Assembly: GCA_963773645.1 (NCBI GenBank)
Contig: CAVZBV010000002.1
Span: 1,242,600-1,282,599 of the forward strand
DNA length: 40,000 bases
Origin: an uncultured Acidobacteriaceae bacterium
GTDB taxonomy: Bacteria > Acidobacteriota > Terriglobia > Terriglobales > Acidobacteriaceae
Reading direction: 5' to 3'
Shown here: in pieces, positions 9,823 to 19,253 of the stretch
Numbering within the stretch: the first letter of the stretch is position 1
Layout: each line of letters starts with the position of its first letter
Notes under the pieces: generated by a model
What the model was told of the DNA's origin: nothing
The model's database searches: none
Seen by the model: the letters and a program-made list of their open reading frames with translations, nothing else
Position numbers and translations under genes: made by a program

Positions 9823-11790
9823 ATGGATAACAACGAGCAGAGCACGACCCAAACTCTGACTGTCACGGAAATCCTCAAAGGTTCCGACTACTCCCTGACC
9901 ATCTTCACCGACCAAGAAGTCAAAGCGATCAAGCTTTTCGACAGGGGTGGGAAGCCCTATCTCACTTGCGCCGCGAGCGACAAGGCCCGGCCTGCCAAGC
10001 CGGAGGAGATCGTCCGTCAGCTGTACTTGCGCAAGCTGATGAGCATTTATGGGTATCCGAAAGACCGGATCGCCATAGAAAAGCCCGTATATTTTGGCTC
10101 CGCTGTACACGAGAAGGCAGCCGACATCGTGGTTTGGGAAAAGGATGCGCCCACCACGCCCTACATCATCGTCGAAGTCAAGAAACCAAAGCGCAAGGAC
10201 GGCCTGGAACAACTGAAGAGCTATTGCAATGCCGAAGGCTCACCAATTGGCGTGTGGACGAACGGCAGCGAGACAATCGCTCTCCACCGCGAAGAACCTA
10301 ATATTTTTCGCAATCTGCCGGACATTCCAACGGCAACGCAGCACCTTGCGGAGATGCTTGCCGAGCGATGGACGCTTGAGGACCTAGAGAAACACAACAA
10401 GCTAGTCACCGAGCGCCGGACGCTTAAGAGCGTCATTCTCGACATGGAGAACCTGGTTCTCGCCAACGCCGGTGTCGATGCTTTCGACGAGGTATTCAAG
10501 CTCGTTTATGCAAAGCTCTTCGACGAGTGGCAGGCGGCACGCGGCGGCAAGACGAAACGCTATCTCGAATTTCGCATCGGCGGCTCAACGGCTCGGGAGT
10601 TTTCGGAGAAGGTGGATACGCTTTTCAAGAGAGCTATGGAGCAATGGCCCGGAGTGTTCCCGGAAGGCGAGCGTGTTGACCTTGAACCGGACCATTTGAA
10701 GGTGTGTGGTTCGTTTCTCGAAGACATCAAGTTGTTCAACTCGAATTTGCAGGTGATTGACGAGGCTTTCGAATACCTCTCCATTAAGGCGGCGAAGGGC
10801 GAGAAAGGTCAATATTTCACGCCACGGCACGTCATCGATATGTGCGTGAAGATGCTCAATCCCGCCATCGACGACTACGTGGTCGATACTGCTGCTGGTT
10901 CTTGCGGCTTCACGGTGCACAGCATATTCCACGTGTGGGGCGATGTCTTCACGGCAAAGGGTCCCGAGAAGTGGCAATCCGACTACGCCTCCAGCCACGT
11001 CTACGGCCTCGACTTCGACCCCCGCTCCGTAAAGATTGCGCGTGCCCTCAACCTGATAGCAGGTGACGGAAGAACCAATGTCTATCGTGCGAACACGCTG
11101 GACCCACGGATGTGGAGTGAAGAAGTCCGCGTCGGATTGAAGCCTCGCCTCCGCCGCTTCCCGAAGGATGCGGAACGCGATGGCTGGAACCGCGAGCATT
11201 ACCGGTATTTCGACTTCGACGTGCTGCTTACAAATCCACCCTTCGCGGGCGACATCAAGGACAGCCGTATCATTCACCAGTACGACATTGCGAAGAACGG
11301 AAGAGGAAGATGGGAAGGCCGCATCGGGCGAGATATTCTTTTCATCGAACGCAACCTTGAATTTCTCAAACCAGGCGGACGCGCTGCCATCGTTCTACCG
11401 CAAGGCCGTTTCAACAATTCCGGTGACGAGGCTATCCGGCGCTGGATTGCCGAACGGGCGCGCATTCTCGCCGTGGTCGGACTTCAACAAAACACCTTCA
11501 AGCCGCATACAGGTACGAAAACCAGCGTGCTCTTCTTGCAGACGTGGAACGACGATAAGAACTCCTCAACCTACAACCCAAGGCTAGAGAACTACCCAGT
11601 GTTTCTCGCCACAAGCCTTAATTCCGGCAAGGACAACTCGGGTGAGTATCAATACCGGCTTGGCCCTGATAATGCCCCTCTGCTCGATGAGCACGGACAT
11701 ATGGTTGTGAACCACGACCTCGACGAGATTGCGGAAGGATTCTTGAAATGGGCGCGAAAACAGAAGATGCAGTTCGCTGAGGGTTCTTAA
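9823..11790 (+). CDS. hsdM: type I-like restriction-modification N6-adenine DNA methyltransferase (HsdM) with an N-terminal HsdR_N/restriction-endonuclease-like domain
   Basis: Motif I VVDTAAGSCGF, motif IV LLTNPPFAG, and QYFTPRHVIDMCVKML typical of N6_Mtase. The N-terminal ~170 aa include DIVVWEKD...YIIVEVKKPK (PD-(D/E)xK-like, as in the HsdR N-terminal domain). The stop TAA abuts the hsdS ATG (11788-11793). Confidence 0.85.
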   Translation: MDNNEQSTTQTLTVTEILKGSDYSLTIFTDQEVKAIKLFDRGGKPYLTCAASDKARPAKPEEIVRQLYLRKLMSIYGYPKDRIAIEKPVYFGSAVHEKAADIVVWEKDAPTTPYIIVEVKKPKRKDGLEQLKSYCNAEGSPIGVWTNGSETIALHREEPNIFRNLPDIPTATQHLAEMLAERWTLEDLEKHNKLVTERRTLKSVILDMENLVLANAGVDAFDEVFKLVYAKLFDEWQAARGGKTKRYLEFRIGGSTAREFSEKVDTLFKRAMEQWPGVFPEGERVDLEPDHLKVCGSFLEDIKLFNSNLQVIDEAFEYLSIKAAKGEKGQYFTPRHVIDMCVKMLNPAIDDYVVDTAAGSCGFTVHSIFHVWGDVFTAKGPEKWQSDYASSHVYGLDFDPRSVKIARALNLIAGDGRTNVYRANTLDPRMWSEEVRVGLKPRLRRFPKDAERDGWNREHYRYFDFDVLLTNPPFAGDIKDSRIIHQYDIAKNGRGRWEGRIGRDILFIERNLEFLKPGGRAAIVLPQGRFNNSGDEAIRRWIAERARILAVVGLQQNTFKPHTGTKTSVLFLQTWNDDKNSSTYNPRLENYPVFLATSLNSGKDNSGEYQYRLGPDNAPLLDEHGHMVVNHDLDEIAEGFLKWARKQKMQFAEGS

Positions 11791-12901
11791 ATGGCCGTGT
11801 GGAGTAGCGTCGAAGTTGACAGTTTATCTAAGGATTTCAGGCTCGATGCCGAGCACTACCAGCCTGAATACTTGGCGCAAGAGCGAGCGACCAACAAGCG
11901 GAGGAGCGTGGAACTCCAAACTATCGCGTTTGTGTCTGATGGAAACCACCTGAGCATAGCTGAGGAGTTTTCAGAATCCGGCGTTCGATATCTTCGCGGC
12001 CAAGACCTTTCCGACTTCTTCGTCTCTGATGCCGATCCGATCTATATTCCCGAGAAGATTTACCGGACCCTGCCCCGCTCTCACATGCTCGCAGGGGATG
12101 TCCTTGTTGGCATTGTGGGCACCATAGGCAGCGTTGGACTGGTCACGAAGCGCCACGGAAATCTCACAGGTAACTGTAAACTTGCAATCATCCGCGCTCG
12201 GTCTCTCCCAGCCGAGTACATAGCCGCGTATTTGACCTCGCGCATCGGGCAGAACGAGATTCAACGCCGTATACGTGGTGCGGTTCAAATGGGTCTTATC
12301 CTTCCCGACCTGAAGGCACTGCCCATCGTTGTGCCGACCGACAAAGAACGTGAGACTATCGTCAGCCTCGTGAGGGGTGCTGAGGTCAGTCGTGAGCGCT
12401 CCCGTAAGCTGGTAGCAGAAGCAGAAAGTTTACTCCTAGATTCCATCGGGCTGTCCGATGTCAGTTTTTCAAAGAACTTCCTCTACGAGCGTCAGTTCAG
12501 CGAGCTTTCTGCTGCAAGCCGAATGGACGCTGAGTACTTCTCGCCGCGCTATCAAACGGCGCTGGCGATCCTCGGACAACAGGGGCGCACCATTGGCGAT
12601 GTCGCGAACCTCGCGCAGCGGCGTTTTCAGTCCGAGGCTCTCAAGGGTTGCGGTACCTTCCAATACATTGAAATCGGTTCCTTGCAGGGAGATGGTCTAG
12701 CAGATGCCGAAACGATAAGTGTTTCCGAAGCGCCTAGCCGCGCCCAATGGATTGTGGAGCCAAATGACATTATTACGTCAACCGTCCGACCTATTCGACG
12801 GCTCTCCGCGATGATCTCTGCCCAGCAAGCTGGTTACGTGTGTTCATCAGGTTTTGCCGTGCTGGAACCCAAGTTGGGATCGAGTGGCATTGAACCGGAA
12901 T
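11791..12901 (+). pseudogene. hsdS: restriction-modification specificity subunit (HsdS), 3'-truncated by an IS3-family insertion
   Basis: Two target-recognition-domain-like halves (DAEHYQPEY... and MDAEYFSPRY...). The second half breaks off at ...GFAVLEPKLGSSGIEPEL. From 12902 the ORF reads into IS sequence (SGCTPA*, a string also seen in spurious ORFs of the other IS copies). Confidence 0.8.
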
Positions 12902-13639
12902 TGTCCGGATGCACTCCCGCTTGAGCGACTTATGCCAGCGTTCGATCTTCCCGTTCGACTGCGGGTAAAACGGCGAAGTGCGCACGTGCGTCATCCCCGA
13001 GATGCGAATGAACTCCTTGAAGTCGCGCGCGATGAACTGCGGTCCGTTGTCGGAGATTATCCGCGGCCTGGCTTCCGGGTACTTTTCCTTGGCTCGTTCC
13101 AGAATCATCTCAATGTCGGCTTCCTTCATCGACTCCCGCAAATCCCAATGCACCAGAAAACGACTGTATCCATCCAGCACACTGCATAAGTAATAGAACG
13201 TGCCCGACAGGTTGATATAGGAAACATCGACGTGCCAGTGCTGGTGCGGCTGCAGCGGCTGTTCGAAGCCGGTCCCCTTGCGCGACGGCTTCGGTTTCCA
13301 GCGCGAGAGGAGTCCCGCTTGTTTCAACACTCGCCATACGCTCGCCGGACTCACGGCCACCACATCGTGATCTAACATCATGAACGTAAGTCGCCGATAA
13401 CCTTCCAATGGATTCTTCAGGTGGAAGCCGATGATGGCTTCCTTCTCCCACGGCTCCAGCCAAAAATCTCGGGGCACCCAACCGTTGTGCTCATTCGCCC
13501 GACCATAGCGCTGCCGCCAGTTGTAGAACTTACTCGCAGTGACGCCCAGCCAATGAATGAATCGGCCGGCGCTGATCTCGGTCTTCTGCGACCAGCGCCG
13601 GACGAAATCCACCACCTGATCCCGCACATCGTGCGGCAC
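12902..13639 (-). pseudogene. IS3-family transposase OrfB, C-terminally truncated
   Basis: Identical to the 343-aa OrfB up to ...KSLKRECIRT, then reads into antisense hsdS sequence. It retains all three DDE residues but lacks the C-terminal ~100 aa. Confidence 0.85.
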
Positions 13640-13650
13640 CCAGGTCTCGG

Positions 13651-13965
13651 TCAGAGTTCCCCAAGGCTTTTTTTTAACGCGATGTGCTCCGCCATCAGCT
13701 CGGCCAGGACCTCGTCCTTGGTCTGCACCTTCTTCTCCAAGAACTCAATCCGCTTCTGCTTCTCCTCCGCCTGACGGCGAGGACGTTCCGGTGTTTGGAA
13801 GGCGGCCGCTCCGTTCTCGAAAAACTCTTTCTGCCAGCGGTAGAAAACCGTGGGTTGTAGCCCCAGTTCTTCACACAGATCGGAAACCGGGACCTTGTCC
13901 AAAAGATGGCGCCGTAGAACCGCCACTTTTTCCTCAGCAGTGTAGTGCTTGCGCTCTTTTTTCAT
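13651..13965 (-). CDS. IS3-family transposase OrfA (HTH)
   Basis: 104 aa, identical to the OrfA of the other two copies. HTH_Tnp_1-like, with leucine-zipper-like C-terminus. Confidence 0.9.
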   Translation of the reverse strand: MKKERKHYTAEEKVAVLRRHLLDKVPVSDLCEELGLQPTVFYRWQKEFFENGAAAFQTPERPRRQAEEKQKRIEFLEKKVQTKDEVLAELMAEHIALKKSLGEL

Positions 13966-14327
13966 ACGTTCGCTCCGCTATCTTAACGGACGAACGCTTT
14001 CTCCATTTCCAACTGAGGCGGGACAATAATGACATCCTGCCAGTGCGGACCATGTACAACGAGGTCACGCAGAATATCGGGAACAACTATCTCACGTCTG
14101 AGACGCCGATTTGGGTCGCTGGTCCCGATCTGATTGCGTCCGTAATCCGAACCGGCAAAGTGCCGCACATCATCCGGGCTATCCGCATGGTGCCGCACGG
14201 CAAGCAAGCTGGAATGCGAAGTGTAAACCTACGTGGCATGGTTGAAATTGATCCGTATGGGGATGATTTATTTTGCAAAACTATCGAACAGCGAAAACTG
14301 CACAAATCGGACTACGCCCTTTATTAC

Positions 14328-15626
14328 GGGAATTCCGACTTTGTAGTGGGTGACGATCTCGGGATGCGACAATCTGGGGATGCAAGATCGTGAACTGTAC
14401 CGACAGATTCTAGGGATTGAAGCGCCCTGGTTTGTAGAGCGAGTGGAACTAAAGCTGACCGAGGGCGAAGTACACATCTATCTGGAGCACGGAGAGATGG
14501 CGAGTTGGCCGTGCCCAGAATGCGAAGCGAGTTGCCAGTTGTATGACCATCAAGGGGAGCGGCAGTGGCGGCATCTGGACACCTGCCAATATCAGACGAT
14601 TCTGCATGCCCGGCCACCGCGCACCGAGTGCGCCGAGCATGGCGTACGGGTTCTGAAGTTGCGGTGGGCGGAGCCCTCGAGCCGATTCACCGCACTGATG
14701 GAACGGCTGGTGATTGACTGGCTGAGAGCGGCGAGTCAGAAAGCAGTGGGCGAACAGTTGGGACTGAGCTGGGACGAAATTCACGGGATCATGGAGCGGG
14801 CGGTGGCGCGGGGCTTGGAACGGAGGCAGGCCGAGCCTTTGCCACAGCTGGGAGTCGACGAGAAGGCGTTTCGGAAAGGGCACAAGTATTTCACGCTGGT
14901 GAATGACCTGGAGCGGTCCCGTGTGCTGTACGTGGCCGAAGATCGCACTCAGGCCAGCTTAGATGGATTCTGGCAGACCCTGACGGAAGGGCAGCGCGAG
15001 AGTATCGAGGCCATCGCCATGGACATGTGGGATCCCTACGTAGCTTCGGTTCGCGAGCATCTGCGGGAAGGGAGCCAAAAGATCGTCTACGACAAATTTC
15101 ATATCGCCAAACATCTGGGCGATGCCGTGGACAAAGTACGGCGCCAGGAAAACCGCACGCTGCGAGCGGCCGGCGATGACCGACTGACGGGAACACGCTA
15201 CGACTGGTTGCGGAATCCGACCGCCATGGAACCGGCCGATCGCAAAGCCTTTGCCGCGTTACGTCAGAGTGGGCTGAAGACGGCACGGGCTTGGGCTCTG
15301 AAAGAAACCGCCATGGCATTTTTCAGTTACCAATACGAGCGACCCGCGCGGAAACATTTTCGCTGGTGGCACGGCTGGGCCGTACGCAGTCGGCTGCGCC
15401 CCATGCTGGAGGTAGCCAGGACTTTGAAGCGACGCTTCGAGAACATCCTTACCTATCTCCGCCACCGCGTCACCAACGCTGCCAGCGAATCCATCAACGC
15501 CAAGATCCAGTGGGTCAAGTACACCGCACGCGGCTTCCGCAATAAGAAGAACTTCGCAGCTGCAATCCTCTTCCACTGCGGCGGTCTGGACCTGGCTCCT
15601 TAAGCCACTAAAATGCCGGAAGAGCC
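14328..15626 (+). mobile_element. ISL3-family insertion sequence with 8-bp target duplication
   Basis: Imperfect IRs GGGAATTCCGACTTTGTAGTGGG (14328-) and the reverse complement of the right end, GGCTCTTCCGGCATTTTAGTGGC (ends 15626). Flanked by TTTATTAC at 14320-14327 and 15627-15634. Confidence 0.85.
14380..15603 (+). CDS. ISL3-family transposase
   Basis: MQDRELYRQILGIEAPWFVERVEL... N-terminus, Zn-finger CPECEASC, and DDE_Tnp_ISL3-like body (GVDEKAFRKGHKYFTLV...AMDMWDPY...TNAASESINAKIQ). A GTG at 14350 is an alternative start. Confidence 0.88.
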   Translation: MQDRELYRQILGIEAPWFVERVELKLTEGEVHIYLEHGEMASWPCPECEASCQLYDHQGERQWRHLDTCQYQTILHARPPRTECAEHGVRVLKLRWAEPSSRFTALMERLVIDWLRAASQKAVGEQLGLSWDEIHGIMERAVARGLERRQAEPLPQLGVDEKAFRKGHKYFTLVNDLERSRVLYVAEDRTQASLDGFWQTLTEGQRESIEAIAMDMWDPYVASVREHLREGSQKIVYDKFHIAKHLGDAVDKVRRQENRTLRAAGDDRLTGTRYDWLRNPTAMEPADRKAFAALRQSGLKTARAWALKETAMAFFSYQYERPARKHFRWWHGWAVRSRLRPMLEVARTLKRRFENILTYLRHRVTNAASESINAKIQWVKYTARGFRNKKNFAAAILFHCGGLDLAP

Positions 15627-16176
15627 TTTATTACTGGCTTAAGATTTTTGCAAACTCCATTTATGGTTTTTTTGTTGAATTAAATCCAGAACGGAAAAAG
15701 AACAACGTACCTGTCAAGGTTTTTTCAGGAGACAAGAACTTCCCCGATGATTCGGACGTGATTGAAAATCCTGGACCGTGGTTTTTTCCACCTTTGGCCT
15801 CGCTCATCACATCTGGCGGACGCCTATTGCTCGCCATGACGGAAGCGTGTGTGGAAGCCAAGAAGGGCACGTATCTATTTTGTGACACAGATTCACTTGC
15901 AATCGTGGCCTCCAAGAAAGGTGGGTTGCTGCGCATTCCGGGCAGCAAAGGAATCCGGATTCTCTCGTGGGCTGAAGCGAAGAAAATCGCTGACAAATTC
16001 GCTGCGCTGAATCCTTACAACCGCAAGATCGTGAAAGGTTCAATTCTGAATCTTGTGGACGCGAACTATGTTGACTCGGACTCCAAGAACCCGCAGCGCC
16101 AGTTGTACGGGTACAGTGTCCCGCCTCAGTTGGAAATGGAGAAAGCGTTCGTCCGTTAAGATAGCGGAGCGAACGT

Positions 16177-16491
16177 ATGAAAAAAGAGCGCAAGCACTAC
16201 ACTGCTGAGGAAAAAGTGGCGGTTCTACGGCGCCATCTTTTGGACAAGGTCCCGGTTTCCGATCTGTGTGAAGAACTGGGGCTACAACCCACGGTTTTCT
16301 ACCGCTGGCAGAAAGAGTTTTTCGAGAACGGAGCGGCCGCCTTCCAAACACCGGAACGTCCTCGCCGTCAGGCGGAGGAGAAGCAGAAGCGGATTGAGTT
16401 CTTGGAGAAGAAGGTGCAGACCAAGGACGAGGTCCTGGCCGAGCTGATGGCGGAGCACATCGCGTTAAAAAAAAGCCTTGGGGAACTCTGA
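16177..16491 (+). CDS. IS3-family transposase OrfA
   Basis: 104-aa HTH protein, identical in all three copies. Confidence 0.9.
   Translation: MKKERKHYTAEEKVAVLRRHLLDKVPVSDLCEELGLQPTVFYRWQKEFFENGAAAFQTPERPRRQAEEKQKRIEFLEKKVQTKDEVLAELMAEHIALKKSLGEL
16468..16475 (+). other. A7G slippery site for programmed -1 ribosomal frameshift (OrfA to OrfAB)
   Basis: TTAAAAAAAAG near the end of orfA. orfB (frame -1 relative to orfA) is open across it. This is the canonical IS3-family arrangement. The equivalent sites are 20313-20320 (- strand) and in the truncated copy. Confidence 0.75.
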
Positions 16492-16502
16492 CCGAGACCT
16501 GG

Positions 16503-17534
16503 GTGCCGCACGATGTGCGGGATCAGGTGGTGGATTTCGTCCGGCGCTGGTCGCAGAAGACCGAGATCAGCGCCGGCCGATTCATTCATTGGCTGGGCGT
16601 CACTGCGAGTAAGTTCTACAACTGGCGGCAGCGCTATGGTCGGGCGAATGAGCACAACGGTTGGGTGCCCCGAGATTTTTGGCTGGAGCCGTGGGAGAAG
16701 GAAGCCATCATCGGCTTCCACCTGAAGAATCCATTGGAAGGTTATCGGCGACTTACGTTCATGATGTTAGATCACGATGTGGTGGCCGTGAGTCCGGCGA
16801 GCGTATGGCGAGTGTTGAAACAAGCGGGACTCCTCTCGCGCTGGAAACCGAAGCCGTCGCGCAAGGGGACCGGCTTCGAACAGCCGCTGCAGCCGCACCA
16901 GCACTGGCACGTCGATGTTTCCTATATCAACCTGTCGGGCACGTTCTATTACTTATGCAGTGTGCTGGATGGATACAGTCGTTTTCTGGTGCATTGGGAT
17001 TTGCGGGAGTCGATGAAGGAAGCCGACATTGAGATGATTCTGGAACGAGCCAAGGAAAAGTACCCGGAAGCCAGGCCGCGGATAATCTCCGACAACGGAC
17101 CGCAGTTCATCGCGCGCGACTTCAAGGAGTTCATTCGCATCTCGGGGATGACGCACGTGCGCACTTCGCCGTTTTACCCGCAGTCGAACGGGAAGATCGA
17201 ACGCTGGCATAAGTCGCTCAAGCGGGAGTGCATCCGGACACTGACTCCGTTAACGCTGGACGATGCACGCCGCTTGATTCAACTCTACGTGGATCACTAC
17301 AACACGATGCGCCTACACAGTGCGATCGGCTATGTGACGCCGCAGGATCGGCTCGCCGGACGACAGGCCGAGATCCACGCGGCTCGCGATCGCAAGTTAG
17401 AAGAAGCTCGTCGCCAGCGGCAACTCCGACGGCAGCAGACGGCGTCTTGGAGGTTTGCACCCTCTTCCACGCCAGCTACAATGACCTCGCCGGGTGAAAC
17501 GGAAGCGGGCTCTGCCGGGAGGCAACCATGCTGA
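16503..17534 (+). CDS. IS3-family transposase OrfB (rve/DDE integrase domain)
   Basis: DDE triad contexts HWHVDVSY, IISDNGPQF, PQSNGKIERWHKSLKRE. 343 aa from the first in-frame start. Probably expressed as an OrfAB fusion. Confidence 0.9.
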   Translation: MPHDVRDQVVDFVRRWSQKTEISAGRFIHWLGVTASKFYNWRQRYGRANEHNGWVPRDFWLEPWEKEAIIGFHLKNPLEGYRRLTFMMLDHDVVAVSPASVWRVLKQAGLLSRWKPKPSRKGTGFEQPLQPHQHWHVDVSYINLSGTFYYLCSVLDGYSRFLVHWDLRESMKEADIEMILERAKEKYPEARPRIISDNGPQFIARDFKEFIRISGMTHVRTSPFYPQSNGKIERWHKSLKRECIRTLTPLTLDDARRLIQLYVDHYNTMRLHSAIGYVTPQDRLAGRQAEIHAARDRKLEEARRQRQLRRQQTASWRFAPSSTPATMTSPGETEAGSAGRQPC

Positions 17535-17850
17535 GGGATAACCTGGTGGGGCTCATCGAGCCGATGCTCAGCAGCGCGGGAGTTGATCCTCTCGCGCTCT
17601 GCATGCGAGGAAAAAGCCATCGGACGATAGACCCCCATGCCTTGAAAATCCCCGCCCCGAAGGGGCGGAATCTACACTAACGGAGAACGCCGCTTCTCCA
17701 TTTCACGCTGAGCCAAGACAAGACTTCTACACTATCAATCCGACGGAGCGCACGAGGTAGACGTGTGTGAACAGTCCCCGCGCCGCTTCGAGAGCCTTGA
17801 GAATGAGTTGCGGTCTGCACGCCAAACAGACCTCAAAGGAGGACACGGAG

Positions 17851-18036
17851 ATGAAAGGCATAGTGCGCTGCCCTTATTGCATATTAGGCGTTGAGTTCCG
17901 ACCGATGGTTGCCCATGTGGACGGCAGATACATATGCAACAAATGCGGCCATACGACACACCCAAGGGATGCGAAATATGAGTGTCACTGCCCCAAATGT
18001 GCAAACCTTAGATCTCGTGCTTTTGTTGCAAGTTGA
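17851..18036 (+). CDS. small zinc-ribbon protein, unknown function
   Basis: 61 aa from the ATG preceded by AAGGAGG (8-nt spacing). Three CxxC pairs (CPYC, CNKC, CPKC). Confidence 0.5.
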   Translation: MKGIVRCPYCILGVEFRPMVAHVDGRYICNKCGHTTHPRDAKYECHCPKCANLRSRAFVAS

Positions 18037-18631
18037 GTTGGTTTCAGTACTTCTCCCCGCCCGGAACCGGCAGTGTGCAAGCAACGAGGCAGGACTTTTT
18101 CCGGCTATTGCAGCTTCGCATACTCGGCCCTGGCTTCCTTCAGGATTGGGATGTCGGGGTCTGCGTCTTTCCAGAGGGTGAGGAAATCTTCATAGGCAGC
18201 GGGTTTTGGCGGTGTCGCCGGAGATAACCTAGAACAGAGTTGGTCCGTGTTCTACGCCATCACTCCCAAGAAGAACGCGTGAGGACTGAGTCCGAGCACT
18301 GCACCAAAAGCGGTCATTGACACTGGCCCCCCTGGAGCTTAGCCTCGATATGTCTCCATTGGCCACAGCCAAAACTTCTGTCGCCTTCTCTTATAAAGCG
18401 GCCCCTAAAGCGGCTCCGAAGCGGCCTGACCCACGAGGACATTCGGGCAGTTGAAATTCATAAGATCGCACGCCCGTCTCCGATGACGGTGTAGGCCCGA
18501 ATACATGGTGGTCAAGCAGCTGGTCGCAAGACCGACTCCACCCCAGTGACCCGCCACCGCAGCCGGTCAGCTTCGACCGGCAGCCTCGAATTGTCGCCTG
18601 TCGAGAAACAAGCGCAAAAGGAGTGTTCCCA

Positions 18632-18955
18632 ATGTTTACAAGAATTGTTGAAGTAACCACCAAATCAGGAAAGGCAAAAGAGCTCTCGAACGTCATCAAC
18701 GACAAGGTACTACCGATTCTGAAAAAACAGGTCGGATTCGTGGATGAGACCGTCATGGCATCAGATACCGACCCCGATCGTGTTTTGGCACTGAGCTTTT
18801 GGAACACGAGAGAAGATGCCGAACGGTATAACCGCGAGCAATATCCCGCCGTCCACGAGATGATACGGCACCTGCTGGAGACAGAGCCCGCAATTCGGAC
18901 CTTCAATGTCGATAGCTCAACCACGCACAAGATCGCAGCTAGCAAAGCGGCCTGA
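18632..18955 (+). CDS. ABM/Dabb-like (antibiotic biosynthesis monooxygenase fold) small protein
   Basis: MFTRIVEVTTKSGKAKE...ALSFWNTREDAERY is typical of ferredoxin-like ABM domains. AAAGGAG lies 8 nt upstream of the ATG at 18632. Confidence 0.6.
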   Translation: MFTRIVEVTTKSGKAKELSNVINDKVLPILKKQVGFVDETVMASDTDPDRVLALSFWNTREDAERYNREQYPAVHEMIRHLLETEPAIRTFNVDSSTTHKIAASKAA

Positions 18956-18978
18956 AAACAACCTGATTGCGCACAAAA

Positions 18979-19003
18979 GGGCGAGCCCAAACGTGGCTCG
19001 CCC
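18979..19003 (+). terminator. stem-loop after the ABM gene (possible terminator)
   Basis: GGGCGAGCC-CAAACGT-GGCTCGCCC forms a perfect 9-bp stem 24 nt after the stop. There is no clear U-tract. Confidence 0.4.
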
Positions 19004-19253
19004 GACCTTGCGCTCTTTAAGACTGAAGAACGTAGAAATGCTCCGTGCCGCGCACGAGAGCTGGAACTGTCTTGGCTCAGCGTGAAATGGAGAAGCGGCG
19101 TTCTCCGTTAGTGTAGATTCCGCCCCTTCGGGGCGGGGATTTTCAAGGCATGGGGGTCTATCGTCCGATGGCTTTTTCCTCGCATGCAGAGCGCGAGAGG
19201 ATCAACTCCCGCGCTGCTGAGCATCGGCTCGATGAGCCCCACCAGGTTATCCC

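Larger units (their letters stand above)
12902..14025 (-). mobile_element. IS3-family insertion sequence, truncated copy (lacks about 480 bp including the orfB 3' end and IRR)
   Basis: Identical to the full copies from IRL (TGTCCCGCCTCAGTTGGAAATGGAGAA, reverse strand, ending at 14025) up to the position matching 17232 in copy B. Sequence diverges at 12901/12902. Confidence 0.9.
14026..16116 (+). pseudogene. polB: remnant of a second family B DNA polymerase gene (paralog of 29935-32982), missing both ends and split by an ISL3-family IS
   Basis: 14026-14327 encodes DILPVRTMYNEVTQNIGNNYL...VAGPDLIASVI...DLFCKTIEQRKLHKSDYALYY. 15635-16116 encodes WLKIFANSIYGFFVEL...LFCDTDSLAIVASKKGG...AALNPYN...RQLYGYS. 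Both are collinear with the intact PolB (DILPVRTVYDGVSHNIGNNYL...DLYYWLKILANSIYGFFVEL...LYCDTDSLAIVASKKGG...QALNPYN...RQLWGLG), roughly half identical by eye. The frame is continuous if the IS and one TSD copy are removed. Confidence 0.85.
16117..17720 (+). mobile_element. IS3-family insertion sequence, full copy (1604 bp)
   Basis: IRL TGTCCCGCCTCAGTTGGAAATGGAGAAAGCG. IRR (reverse complement) TGTCTTGGCTCAGCGTGAAATGGAGAAGCGG. orfA/orfB are arranged with orfB in the -1 frame. All six-frame ORFs are identical to those of copy 19068-20671. Confidence 0.92.

Noticed and set aside
12902-12920. The truncated IS copy begins with TGTCC, the same five bases as the true IS terminus, hinting at use of a pseudo-end
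   Set aside because: Only 5 bp match and the rest of the IR consensus is absent. A chance match or a simple deletion endpoint is more likely.
13791-14393. The 200-aa ORF, and the similar ORFs at 15758-16159 and 16040-16351, that span IS boundaries
   Set aside because: These are chimeric reads. Part is antisense to the IS3 orfA region and part is the polB remnant, so they are not independent genes. The polB-derived portion is annotated as a pseudogene instead.
17721-17850. Possible missing C-terminal piece of hsdS next to the IS copies (translation ...EQSPRRFESLENELRSARQ...)
   Set aside because: The resemblance to the conserved HsdS helical region is too weak and short, and the frame context does not join to the truncated hsdS.
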